Source: Methylocystis sp.
GTDB lineage: Bacteria; Pseudomonadota; Alphaproteobacteria; Rhizobiales; Beijerinckiaceae
Reading direction: 5' to 3'
NCBI GenBank assembly: GCA_020252485.1
Contig: JADCCX010000041.1
Span: 9,487 to 41,486 of the forward strand
DNA: 32,000 bases
The translations under genes were made by a program, and so were the position numbers. A model generated the notes under the pieces. It ran no database searches. It saw only the letters and a list, made by a program, of their open reading frames with translations, and was not told the DNA's origin. Positions 9,442 through 18,050 of this stretch are shown here, piece after piece; position 1 is the first letter of the stretch; each line of letters opens with the position of its first letter.

Positions 9442-10011
9442 TCAGGCCTCGTTGACGGAGAGGCTTCCGCTCGCGGCGAGGGCGATGGGTCGAACGTTGG
9501 ATGGCTGGGCGCGGTAGGCCGGGCGGCGCACCGCCACGAGCCGGTTGCGCGACAGCCGCGTGATTGAAACGCGGTTCTGTTGATTGCCGCCGAGAATGTG
9601 GAAAGCGCTGGCGTCGTGGCCGACATAAAGGCCGACATGCCCGCCGCCCTTGCGCTTGAAGACGAGCAAATCGCCGAGTGCCGCCGCACCCTTCGGAACC
9701 GCGATGCCGAAGGACGCCCATTCGAGCGCCGCGAGATAGAGGCGCGGCGGATTGCGCTCGGGGCGGTGTTCGATGTTCGCGCGGTGGGCGACGATGGCCA
9801 TGAACAGGCCGCACCACGGGATCGCGTCGTGCCGATAGACGCCGGCATAGACGCGGCCGAGACCCGCGGCTTCGAGTTCCTTTTGCCAGCCGATGATCTT
9901 CGGATTGTCGGCAGCGCCGGGCGCTTCGAGCGTGCCGTATTCCTTCAGTGCTTCGAGGATCATGCGCGGGCCGGGCTCGGCTTCGAGCCATCGATATTGG
10001 GCAGGCAGCAT
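9442..10011 (-). CDS. Endolysin, TIGR02594-type (CHAP/NlpC-P60-like peptidoglycan hydrolase)
   Basis: EAPGAADNPKIIGW...AIPWCGLFMA...GGGHVGLYVGHD...HILGGNQ is the pattern of the TIGR02594 phage hydrolase family. GGAGG lies upstream of ATG 10011. Confidence 0.8.
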   Translation of the reverse strand: MLPAQYRWLEAEPGPRMILEALKEYGTLEAPGAADNPKIIGWQKELEAAGLGRVYAGVYRHDAIPWCGLFMAIVAHRANIEHRPERNPPRLYLAALEWASFGIAVPKGAAALGDLLVFKRKGGGHVGLYVGHDASAFHILGGNQQNRVSITRLSRNRLVAVRRPAYRAQPSNVRPIALAASGSLSVNEA

Positions 10012-10031
10012 GGCGACCTCCAGAAACGACG

Positions 10032-10054
10032 AAGCCCGCCAGAGAGGCGGGCTT
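10032..10054 (-). terminator. GC-rich hairpin (9-bp stem AAGCCCGCC/GGCGGGCTT, loop AGAGA), possible intrinsic terminator or attenuator
   Basis: Read directly. It lies 36 nt downstream of the stop at 10090 and just upstream of the endolysin RBS. The trailing tract on the minus strand (CGUCGUUUCUG) is only weakly U-rich. Confidence 0.4.
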
Positions 10055-10089
10055 TGCGTCGGGTTACGGTTGGGATTGATCTCGGCGGA

Positions 10090-10431
10090 TCAGGCGTGCT
10101 TGCGCCCGTCCTCGTGGCTTTCCAGGCGGTCGATGCGTTCCCGGAACTCCGCGAGCGTCGCCTTGATCTGCGCGATGTCTGTGCGCGCCTCGGCGACCAC
10201 CTTGCGCCCGGCGATATCGTTCGAGACATCCGACTTGATCGCGCTGAGCTCCTTCGCGTTGCCGGCGAGCGTGGCATCGATCAGCGTGAAGCGGTGCGAC
10301 AGCCACCACGCCACCCGGACGAGGAAAACGATCAGGATCAGGAGCTGGGCGATGATCCCGCCAGCGACGAGCCAGGTGATCGTCAGGGTTTCCGGGGTGA
10401 CAGTGACCGCCGCCGCAGCTGTTGCGGGCAT
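10090..10431 (-). CDS. Membrane-anchored coiled-coil protein of unknown function (lysis- or tail-associated)
   Basis: 113 aa from ATG 10431 (AAGGAAG upstream). One TM (WLVAGGIIAQLLILIVFLV) followed by a heptad-like helical region (KELSAIKSDV...IAQIKATLAEFRERIDRLE). Confidence 0.6.
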   Translation of the reverse strand: MPATAAAAVTVTPETLTITWLVAGGIIAQLLILIVFLVRVAWWLSHRFTLIDATLAGNAKELSAIKSDVSNDIAGRKVVAEARTDIAQIKATLAEFRERIDRLESHEDGRKHA

Positions 10432-10578
10432 GGTTTCTTCCTTTAATTTTGCGGTTGGCCCTTGGTGGCGCACAGGGCGCGCCGTGTGGCCCAATTCGAA
10501 AGCGTCTGCGCGGACATGCGGGAGTGCGGTCTTCGCGCCGTGTGCGCGCCTGTGGCCATGGCCGAAGTCAGGGGCAGT

Positions 10579-12792
10579 TCAGGGCGCGGTGTAGCCCTGC
10601 GCGTCGAGATAGATGCTGGCACCGCTGGTGATGGCGGCCGCGTTCAGCGCCGCATTGGCGCTGGAGCGAAGCGGCGTGGGAAAGTCGATGTCCCACGGCG
10701 ACGTCATGCTGGCGGGCAGCCAGATGCGCCAGATCACCGTGGCGCCGTCCTTGATCACGAACTCGGTCGCGACCGCGTTTGTGTTGATAACCTGGATCGC
10801 GGTGACATAACGCCGGATCCCCGCGCCGACCGCTGCGGCCATCACCACGTCTGCCGTGTTGGCGATCACGCCGGCTGGCGCATAGGTCCAATCGGCTTCA
10901 GGGATCGAGAACGGCTTGTTGACGAGCGCGCCGATCATCGTCGCCATCAGGTGCACGAGATCGCCGGTCGCCGACATCGCCGCCTGATTGACGTTGGCGG
11001 CGCGCGCGCCGATCCCGACCGGGTTTCCCGCTGCCGCGTCCTGCGCCACGCCCCCGGTGACGGTGACCGCCGAGACGGCGTTCGTGACCAGCACCGGTGC
11101 CGCATCCATCTGGTCGGCCCGTCCGAAGCCGCCGATGGACTCGGTGATGAGGCGCGTGAACTCCATCACGCGGATGAAGTGCACCCGGAAATCGGTGCGC
11201 GGCAGAACCGCGCCGCCGCAGTTCGTCGTGGCGATATCGGCGCCAGTCGGTGCCGCACCGATGGGTTCGAGAACCAGCGCGGTCGTTGCGACGTCGCGCA
11301 CGCGGTAGGATCCGTCGAGCCCGAGATCGGCTCCGGACACGGCGTCACGAACGCCATGCAGATTGATGTACTGGCCGATCTGCAGACCCGACCAGGCTGC
11401 CGAACCGGTAAGGGTGAGAACATTGGCGGTGCGGGCCACAGATTGCGCGACCTGGCCGATGGGCGCTCCGAAGACGCCGCCATTCACCCGGATGACAACG
11501 CCGCCAAAGGACGTCGCGGTCGCCGACGCGCCGATGGGGATCGTGATCGTCGTGGCGCTGGGCACGCTGGCGACGGCGGTCGGGGTCGCCAGATTGGCGA
11601 AGTTCACCTGATCGCGGATGCCGAAGACCACCACAAGATCGGCGACCGTCAATCCGTGCGGCTGGTCGAAGGTGATGGTCACCGTCGCCGAACCCGCCTT
11701 GGCTGCGGAGACGATCCTGCCGACGGGGCGCGACAGGGAACGGTGGTTCTTGGCGCGCAGGCGAAGCTTGTAGTCGCGGGCCGGATTGGGAACGACCTGC
11801 GTGCGCTTGAACATGGCCGAAATCGCGCCGGCGCTGTCGATGGCCGAGCCGCTGAACGTCACCTTTTCAAGCTGAGGCAGGATCTCGAACAGGGCGGCTG
11901 GCGCGAACGCATAGGCCCCCGCCGCCGCGACCAGCTGGGTGGCGGCGGTCGACACTGAGAAGGCAGCGGCATGGTTGCCTGCGATCGTGCCGGAGGGCAG
12001 CGCGTCGCCGCCCTCGGAGCGGACATAGTAGCTCTCGTTCGTCGCGGTCGTGCCCTCGAAGACGAGGCTCGATCCGTTGCGCGCATAGCCGAGGGGATCG
12101 GCCTTGATGATCGAGCCGCTGGTGAATGGCCCGGCCGTCACCGAGGGGATGGCGCCCTGCGGCCCGGCCGTGGCGGTGAAGCTCGTGGGCGTCGGCGTCG
12201 TCGCGATGGTGAGACAGGGATAGTTGAGGCGGCTGTCGGGGACGCCGAAGATCGAAACACGCTCGCCGATCCTGAGCCCATGCGGCGCGGCGGTCGTGGC
12301 GCTGAGCGTCGTGGTCGCCTGCGAGATCGAGGCGATGGCGACCGGACCTGCCGGAACGAGCGGCACGACGCCCGGCCAGTCATCGGTCGAGACGAGCTCC
12401 AGCGAGAACTCTTGCCCGTTGATCCGCTGCGACAGCGAGATGCCGGCCGCGACGCGCACGGGCATGGTGAAGCTGTCGAGCGTCTCGATGACGGTTTCGG
12501 ATGCATCGCTGAGCGGATCCTTCGAGATCACGAGATAACTCGCGCCCGCGACATTGCCGTCGACCTGCACGATGTCTCCGGGCGCGATCTGGACGGCGTT
12601 CCAGCGCGTGGTCGTGTCGAAGGCCTCGAAGGCGTCGCGGAACTTGGTCGGCGCGCCGAGGATGCTGACCATCGGCGCGACCCGGCCATCCTGATCCTGC
12701 AAGGCAGCGCCCCGCACATGGCCCGCGATGCCGCCGGGCACGTCAGCGCCGCCGCCCGGCGCGCTCGGCCAGAGCAGATCCTTCTTCATCAC
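10579..12792 (-). CDS. Large tail fibre / receptor-binding-like structural protein with three internal HGL-type repeats
   Basis: 737-aa ORF between the DUF2793 gene and the lysis cassette. Ala/Thr/Gly-rich and beta-rich composition. Function is assigned by position only. Confidence 0.65.
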   Translation of the reverse strand: MMKKDLLWPSAPGGGADVPGGIAGHVRGAALQDQDGRVAPMVSILGAPTKFRDAFEAFDTTTRWNAVQIAPGDIVQVDGNVAGASYLVISKDPLSDASETVIETLDSFTMPVRVAAGISLSQRINGQEFSLELVSTDDWPGVVPLVPAGPVAIASISQATTTLSATTAAPHGLRIGERVSIFGVPDSRLNYPCLTIATTPTPTSFTATAGPQGAIPSVTAGPFTSGSIIKADPLGYARNGSSLVFEGTTATNESYYVRSEGGDALPSGTIAGNHAAAFSVSTAATQLVAAAGAYAFAPAALFEILPQLEKVTFSGSAIDSAGAISAMFKRTQVVPNPARDYKLRLRAKNHRSLSRPVGRIVSAAKAGSATVTITFDQPHGLTVADLVVVFGIRDQVNFANLATPTAVASVPSATTITIPIGASATATSFGGVVIRVNGGVFGAPIGQVAQSVARTANVLTLTGSAAWSGLQIGQYINLHGVRDAVSGADLGLDGSYRVRDVATTALVLEPIGAAPTGADIATTNCGGAVLPRTDFRVHFIRVMEFTRLITESIGGFGRADQMDAAPVLVTNAVSAVTVTGGVAQDAAAGNPVGIGARAANVNQAAMSATGDLVHLMATMIGALVNKPFSIPEADWTYAPAGVIANTADVVMAAAVGAGIRRYVTAIQVINTNAVATEFVIKDGATVIWRIWLPASMTSPWDIDFPTPLRSSANAALNAAAITSGASIYLDAQGYTAP

Positions 12793-12817
12793 ATTCTCCT
12801 GGATGTTGGGCTTCAGA

Positions 12818-13519
12818 TCACGCAGTCGGCGCGGTGAAGGCGAGCCCGTAGAGCACGACGCGGACGCGGCCTGCGGTGAAGTTGCCTCCGGCCGCCGTCA
12901 CCCGGATCGGCGTGTTGGCGTAGAAGGCGGTTGGGCCGATCACGCCGATGTTGGACGAACCGAGCGCGATGCCGAGCGACCCGCCGAACTGGCTCGTGTT
13001 GCCGGCCACGCCGACGTTGTAGGAGGTCGCCCCGGTGATCGCCTGCGTCGTGCGGGACGCGACCGCCAGCACGATCATGCGGTCGGCGATGATCGCGGGG
13101 CCGGTCGTGTCGACGAAGGCCCCCGTCAGCACGAGTTCCTGCTCGACCGCGATCAGGCGCAGCGCACCGCCACTTGCGGTGCCAACGATGCGATCCCGCC
13201 AATCGCCGTCGGCCCAGACAACCGTGAGGCGCTCGTCCTCGACGTGATAGCGCCAGCCGGTCACGGGCACATAGAACGCCCAGGCGTTGACGTTCCAGTG
13301 GGCGATCCGGCCCGTCTGCCCAGCCCATGCGCCCGTCGCGCCAGAGGGCACGATCCAGCGCTCGCCGTTGGCGGGCGAGCCAGGCGGCGTGGCGAGGGTC
13401 CGGCTGCGCACGCTGCCATGCACGAGCGCATCGAGCCGGATCAGCGCCTCGTTGTGGGTGACCTCCTTCTGCGCCTGCCCCTGCAGGATGAAGGGAAGCC
13501 CAAGGTTCGGTGTGGTCAT
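12818..13519 (-). CDS. DUF2793-family phage protein
   Basis: N-terminus MTTPNLGLPFILQGQAQKEVTHNEALIRLDALV is the signature start of DUF2793 proteins that follow g15-like genes. AGGAGA lies upstream of ATG 13519. Confidence 0.8.
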   Translation of the reverse strand: MTTPNLGLPFILQGQAQKEVTHNEALIRLDALVHGSVRSRTLATPPGSPANGERWIVPSGATGAWAGQTGRIAHWNVNAWAFYVPVTGWRYHVEDERLTVVWADGDWRDRIVGTASGGALRLIAVEQELVLTGAFVDTTGPAIIADRMIVLAVASRTTQAITGATSYNVGVAGNTSQFGGSLGIALGSSNIGVIGPTAFYANTPIRVTAAGGNFTAGRVRVVLYGLAFTAPTA

Positions 13520-13584
13520 GACCTCTCCTTCAAGGCATATCGCTCAGAGCGCCTTGGTCAGGTTTCGGGATCAGATGATCGGGG

Positions 13585-16500
13585 TCAGATCGTCGCCACG
13601 GCCGGCGTGCCGCGCCCGATGGCGGTCGAGAGCTGGACGACGCGGACGGTGACGCTCGCCTGCGCCGATCCGAAATCGGCGACCTGCTGGGCGGCGGTGT
13701 AGATCGCGGCGGGCGCGGATGCGGCAAGCGTGCGCAGGACCGTCGAGCCGTTCATCACGTCGACCTCGTAGCGCTCGCTCTCCTCGTTGAGCGGAACGTC
13801 GGTCAGGTCCCGCCACCAGCCGCCGTACCGCGTGCGGCGGACCCAGCTGATCGACAGATCGCCCGAGCCGTTGCGCGCACCCCGGACATGTGCAGGCGAC
13901 CAAGGCTTCAGGGCTTCGCCGCCATTCGCGAAGCTGATCTGTCCAGACTGGTCGCCGGTTGGCCCTTGCGGCACGGGCGCGAACCGCCAGGCGATAGCGA
14001 GGCCGATGCTGGACGCCGAGAAGGTCGGGCGCTCAAGGCGGCCGGGATCAAGCAGCACGAAGCGCGAGCCGCTGGCGTGCGTCGCGATCCGGTGCTCCGT
14101 CCCGAGCCGCCCGCGCAGCAGGCGCGAGAGCCGATAGCGTCCAGGCCCGGTCAGCACCGCGTTGGCGAACTGGATGATCTCGCCATTGATCAGCGCGCCA
14201 TTGGCGCCATCAAGGATGCGGGCATCGGGCAGGCTTTCGAGCGAACCGAAGGCGAGTTGCACCTCGATCACATTGCCGTTGTCCCAGACATGCGCCGGTC
14301 CAGCCCCAAGCGCAGTCACCGTGTCGCCGATCACCGAGGCGACGTCGGCGACGCCGGAGACGGTGTAATCCAGCCCATCCGCCGTCGGCCTGAATAATGA
14401 GACGCCCCGGAACGGCGCGCCGCCGAGCGAGCAGGCGGCCATGTAGAAGGATGTCGCTTCGCCTGCCTCGGCTTCCGTCAGCAATGGCAGGTCCATCAGT
14501 TCCACCCGCGTCGGCGAGGCGGTATCCGGAACGTTCGGCTGCAGGTCGCCCGATCCGGTCGGGACGGTGACGAACTGCGGCAAGTCGCCGTCGGTCGCGA
14601 CGCCACGCACCAGCACGAGCCCCGGCTTGCCATAGGTCACGGACGTCACCCGGAAGCGGCGGATCGCGCCATCGACCGGCACCTCGATCACGTCCGTCGG
14701 ATCGATGCGGATCGCGCGCGTCGGCAGCTTGGCCTCGAGCGTGACGCGGCCCTGCCAGATTTCCCGCAAGGCACGCTGGGCAATGGTCTGTGCTTCCTCG
14801 ACCGAGAGAATGAGCGGCAGAGAGAAGGTGGTCACGCTGCGCGAAGTGCCGAGCTGGCGGCGACCCGTGACGGTCGAGCTCTGGTAGTCGCGGGCCTCGT
14901 CGAGATGCACGACATCGATCGAGATCGGCAACTCGACATCCTGCGCGCGCTCGATGCGGATGCGCGCCCGGTCGCCGTCGCCTTCCGCCGCGCCGAGATC
15001 ATTGGCGTCGATGGCGACGATGGTTCCGCCGCCGCGCTTGACGAAGCGCAATACCCCGCCACTCTCCACCGCGTCGAAGAAGAACGCGGTCTGCAGGACG
15101 GAGATCATCTCGCGCAGCGACTTGCGCTCGCTGACGACATAGCCCGAGACCTCGTCGGTGAGGCTCGTCACATCGATATCGGCATTGGAAAGCCCGGCGC
15201 AAAGGCACAGATCGCGCACGATCTCGGAGAGCTGCATGTTGCCGATCTTTCCCTGAACCCAATGGCCGAGGCGGTAATTGTCGCCGTCCTGCCAGACCCG
15301 TTTCAGCGACGGGAAGAACGGGTAAGGCCGCGCGTCCCAGCACCAGAGGAAGCGCGGCCCGATCATCCGCCGCCCCTGGCCGTCGAGCGGATTGTTCGCC
15401 GGATCGCGCCACCAATCCTCGGTGCCCTTGATCGCGACGCGCTGGACCACGCGGTCCACGGATCGGTTCGAGTACCAGGGGTAGAAGCTTTCCGCCGACT
15501 TCGGGTCGACGAAGACGTTCGGGCGGTTCGGCGAGCAATGGACCGACGGAAAGCCGTATTCGGTGAGCCAGACCGGCTTCATCCGCGGCGTCCATGCGCT
15601 CGCAGGTCCTGTCGGAACGCCATTCACGCGCGGCGTGTGGGCGTTGTCCCACCACCCGCGCAAGTCCTTGATGGCCCAGAACGGCTCGCTGATCGGCGAC
15701 TGGACGCGGTTGGAGCCGCGCCCGGCAAGATCGCGGTCAGCCTCGCTGGAATAAAAGTAGCTGATCAGTTCGCCTGAACCCCAGCCCGCGCCGATGGTCG
15801 CCGGGTCGGTCAACGAGCGGTCGCTGTCAGTGACAGGGAAGTAGGCGTCGATTCCAACCGCATCGATGTTTGGGTCGGCCCAGAGTGCGTCGAGCGGGAA
15901 GTCCACATTCGCCCCGCCACGGTCGTTGTAGCGGTACTCCGACCAGTCGGCGGCGTAGGTGACGGTGCAGTTCGCGCCGAGCCGGGTCTTCGCCTCCGCC
16001 GCGATCTGCCGCCAGAACGGCACGGCGGGATAGGCTCCGCTTCCGTCCCGGATGCGGTTGAGGCCGACCATCTCCGAGCCGATGGCGAAGGCGTCGACGC
16101 CGCCCGCCTGTTCGCACAAGGTCATGCAATGGCGGATGAAGCGCAGATATCCCGCCGGACGGGTGAAGAACCCGGCGACATCCGCCGCAGCGCCCGTGAT
16201 CCTGCCCCGCCAGGGGAACGGGGCCGGATCGGGCGGCGGAATGTCCATCATGATGAAGGGATAGAAGAGGACCTTGTAGCCCCGCGCCTTCAGTTCCTGA
16301 ACCGCCCGGATGACCGAACCGTCGCTGATCGTGCCGCCATAGGACAGGGCGGACTGCCCGTTCGGCAGCGTGTAGGAGGTGACGACTGGCCAGACCGACC
16401 GTCCTCCACCCGCGACCGACCAGAGATGCGGCGCGGTCTCACCCCCGAACGCACCCGACTGACCTTGCGCGTACTCGCATTTGGGCACGAGATCGCAGGT

Positions 16501-17406
16501 CGCAACATCGATCGATGTGCCGAACCAGGCGTAGACGAAGTTGATCCATTCGACATTCGGCAGTTCGCGCTTCAGGTTGTCGATCGAGACGAGGAAGTCC
16601 GAGCGCTTCGTGCCGGTGTTGGCGTTGATCGCCGCCTGCGATCCCGCCGAGCCGTGACCGACCTTGCGCACGATCTCGGTGTCGGTGACGAATTCGCCCG
16701 AGGCCGGGATCAGGCAGACGCCCGCGACGAGGTGGCGCGCATTGCCTGGATCGTCCGAGCCCCGATAGACCTCGACCTCGAAGTTCGGAAATCGATTCCC
16801 GAACGGCGTGAGCTTGAAGTCCTCCAGCATGACCGTGACGAGGCCGCGATGGGCTGGCGTCCGGCCAGCGCCTTCGACCGCCGCGACCAGCGGATCGGGT
16901 GACTGCGCTTCCTCGCCATAGCCGACCCGGATCGCGCTGACATGCTCGGGATCGAGCATCGTGTTGTTGACCCAGATCCGGTAGACCGCCGTGACCGGGC
17001 CTTCGCAGACGCCGAGCAGGATGTCGGCCGAGTATTCGTAGCGCGTGCGCACTGTGGTCTGGCGGCGACCGCCGCCGCTGCCGCTGCCCTTGCCGCCACC
17101 GCCCGTGGTCTCGGTTTCAGTGATCGCGGTCTCCTTGATGCCGCGCACCCAGATGATGTTGGCCGCGATGCGCCCGCGTCCCCAGACCCTCGGGATCGGC
17201 TGGCCATAAGCAGAGCCCGAGACCTGCAGATCGGTGACGCGCGCGCCCTCGCTCCTGGTGACGGCCGCGGGACCGGCGCCGAACAAATCCTGCTCGATCG
17301 CCGCGCCGAGATAGGACCCCAGCATCGCGCCCGCCGCCTGGCCAAGCCCGCCGCCGATGGCGTTGCCCGCCCAGGCGCCGGCGACGGTCAGGATGAGTTG
17401 CGCCAC
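13585..17406 (-). CDS. RcGTA g15-like host-specificity / baseplate protein (GTA TIM-barrel-like domain plus phage tail domain)
   Basis: 1273 aa with a GTG start. It has the Gly-rich N-terminal module, a central region with glycoside-hydrolase-like TIM-barrel character (VLFYPFIMMDI..., AFAIGSEMVGL, WLTEYGFPS) and a C-terminal tail-protein region, matching large g15-type proteins of alphaproteobacterial GTA and phage clusters. Confidence 0.88.
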   Translation of the reverse strand: MAQLILTVAGAWAGNAIGGGLGQAAGAMLGSYLGAAIEQDLFGAGPAAVTRSEGARVTDLQVSGSAYGQPIPRVWGRGRIAANIIWVRGIKETAITETETTGGGGKGSGSGGGRRQTTVRTRYEYSADILLGVCEGPVTAVYRIWVNNTMLDPEHVSAIRVGYGEEAQSPDPLVAAVEGAGRTPAHRGLVTVMLEDFKLTPFGNRFPNFEVEVYRGSDDPGNARHLVAGVCLIPASGEFVTDTEIVRKVGHGSAGSQAAINANTGTKRSDFLVSIDNLKRELPNVEWINFVYAWFGTSIDVATCDLVPKCEYAQGQSGAFGGETAPHLWSVAGGGRSVWPVVTSYTLPNGQSALSYGGTISDGSVIRAVQELKARGYKVLFYPFIMMDIPPPDPAPFPWRGRITGAAADVAGFFTRPAGYLRFIRHCMTLCEQAGGVDAFAIGSEMVGLNRIRDGSGAYPAVPFWRQIAAEAKTRLGANCTVTYAADWSEYRYNDRGGANVDFPLDALWADPNIDAVGIDAYFPVTDSDRSLTDPATIGAGWGSGELISYFYSSEADRDLAGRGSNRVQSPISEPFWAIKDLRGWWDNAHTPRVNGVPTGPASAWTPRMKPVWLTEYGFPSVHCSPNRPNVFVDPKSAESFYPWYSNRSVDRVVQRVAIKGTEDWWRDPANNPLDGQGRRMIGPRFLWCWDARPYPFFPSLKRVWQDGDNYRLGHWVQGKIGNMQLSEIVRDLCLCAGLSNADIDVTSLTDEVSGYVVSERKSLREMISVLQTAFFFDAVESGGVLRFVKRGGGTIVAIDANDLGAAEGDGDRARIRIERAQDVELPISIDVVHLDEARDYQSSTVTGRRQLGTSRSVTTFSLPLILSVEEAQTIAQRALREIWQGRVTLEAKLPTRAIRIDPTDVIEVPVDGAIRRFRVTSVTYGKPGLVLVRGVATDGDLPQFVTVPTGSGDLQPNVPDTASPTRVELMDLPLLTEAEAGEATSFYMAACSLGGAPFRGVSLFRPTADGLDYTVSGVADVASVIGDTVTALGAGPAHVWDNGNVIEVQLAFGSLESLPDARILDGANGALINGEIIQFANAVLTGPGRYRLSRLLRGRLGTEHRIATHASGSRFVLLDPGRLERPTFSASSIGLAIAWRFAPVPQGPTGDQSGQISFANGGEALKPWSPAHVRGARNGSGDLSISWVRRTRYGGWWRDLTDVPLNEESERYEVDVMNGSTVLRTLAASAPAAIYTAAQQVADFGSAQASVTVRVVQLSTAIGRGTPAVATI

Positions 17407-17417
17407 GGATCGGACCT

Positions 17418-18050
17418 TCAGGCGGTGAGTTCGAACGAGAAGTTGGGCAGGCGGTTGCCGAAGGGCGTGATCGCGAAGCGTTCCAGCACCACATAGGCAA
17501 GTTCACGATAAGCTGGCGCGAGGCCCTCGGTCGCCGCGATCAGCGGGTCCGCCGATTGGGTGGCGTCGCCGAGATAGACGCGCCGCGCGGCATAGTGCTC
17601 GGAGCCGATGGCGTTGCCGTCTGCGAACATCTTGCCGATGCCGGTGATGGGCCCTTCGCAGAGCGCAACCGCAACATCGCAGAAGTAAACGTAAGTCACT
17701 GTCGTGGTGGTCTGCCGGCCGCCGCCACCGCCGCCCTTGCCGCCGCCGCCCACCGTCTGTGTCTGGGTTCGCGTCTCCTCGTCGAAGCCGCGCATCCAGA
17801 TCACGTTGCCGGAGAGCCTCGCCTTGCCATAGACGCGCGGGATCACCGAGCCGTAGCCGGATGACTGCACGCGCAGATCCTGCAGGCGCGGGCCGGTGAC
17901 GACGTTGTTGCGCGCGCCTTCGCCGAACAACTGCTGATCGATGATGCCGCCGACATAAGAGCCGATGGCCCCACCGATGGCTTGGCCGAGGCCCGGCAGA
18001 AGCAGGTTGCCGAGCACCGCACCGCCGACGGTTAGGACGATGCGCGCCAT
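17418..18050 (-). CDS. Stand-alone paralogue of the N-terminal module of the g15-like protein
   Basis: 210 aa from ATG 18050 (TGATG overlap with the upstream stop). It aligns end to end with residues 1 to about 213 of the next gene, e.g. LTVGGAVLGN/LTVAGAWAGN, GGGGKG, LCEGPITG/VCEGPVTA, TPFGNRLPNFSFE/TPFGNRFPNFEVE. Confidence 0.75.
   Translation of the reverse strand: MARIVLTVGGAVLGNLLLPGLGQAIGGAIGSYVGGIIDQQLFGEGARNNVVTGPRLQDLRVQSSGYGSVIPRVYGKARLSGNVIWMRGFDEETRTQTQTVGGGGKGGGGGGRQTTTTVTYVYFCDVAVALCEGPITGIGKMFADGNAIGSEHYAARRVYLGDATQSADPLIAATEGLAPAYRELAYVVLERFAITPFGNRLPNFSFELTA

Noticed and set aside
9417-9848. Upstream part of the 209-aa ORF 9219-9848.
   Set aside because: It overlaps the endolysin gene (9442-10011) out of frame and is Arg/Ser/Pro-rich. 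Only the last 65 codons (holin-like, with their own RBS) look genuine.
10471-10488. Imperfect GC-rich palindrome CACAGGGCGCGCCGTGTG between the fibre-like gene and the membrane coiled-coil gene, considered as a terminator or operator.
   Set aside because: There is one mismatch and no room for a loop, so it is not a convincing hairpin. GC-rich palindromes of this size arise by chance in this composition.
10579-12792. Diversity-generating retroelement (template/variable repeat) targeting the fibre-like gene.
   Set aside because: No reverse transcriptase gene in the window and no near-identical DNA repeat of the C-terminal region that I could spot. The repeats seen are diverged protein-level domain repeats.
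17117-17506. 129-aa ORF spanning the junction between the short g15 N-terminal paralogue and the full-length g15-like gene.
   Set aside because: It is out of frame with both well-supported genes and has no RBS or recognisable motif.
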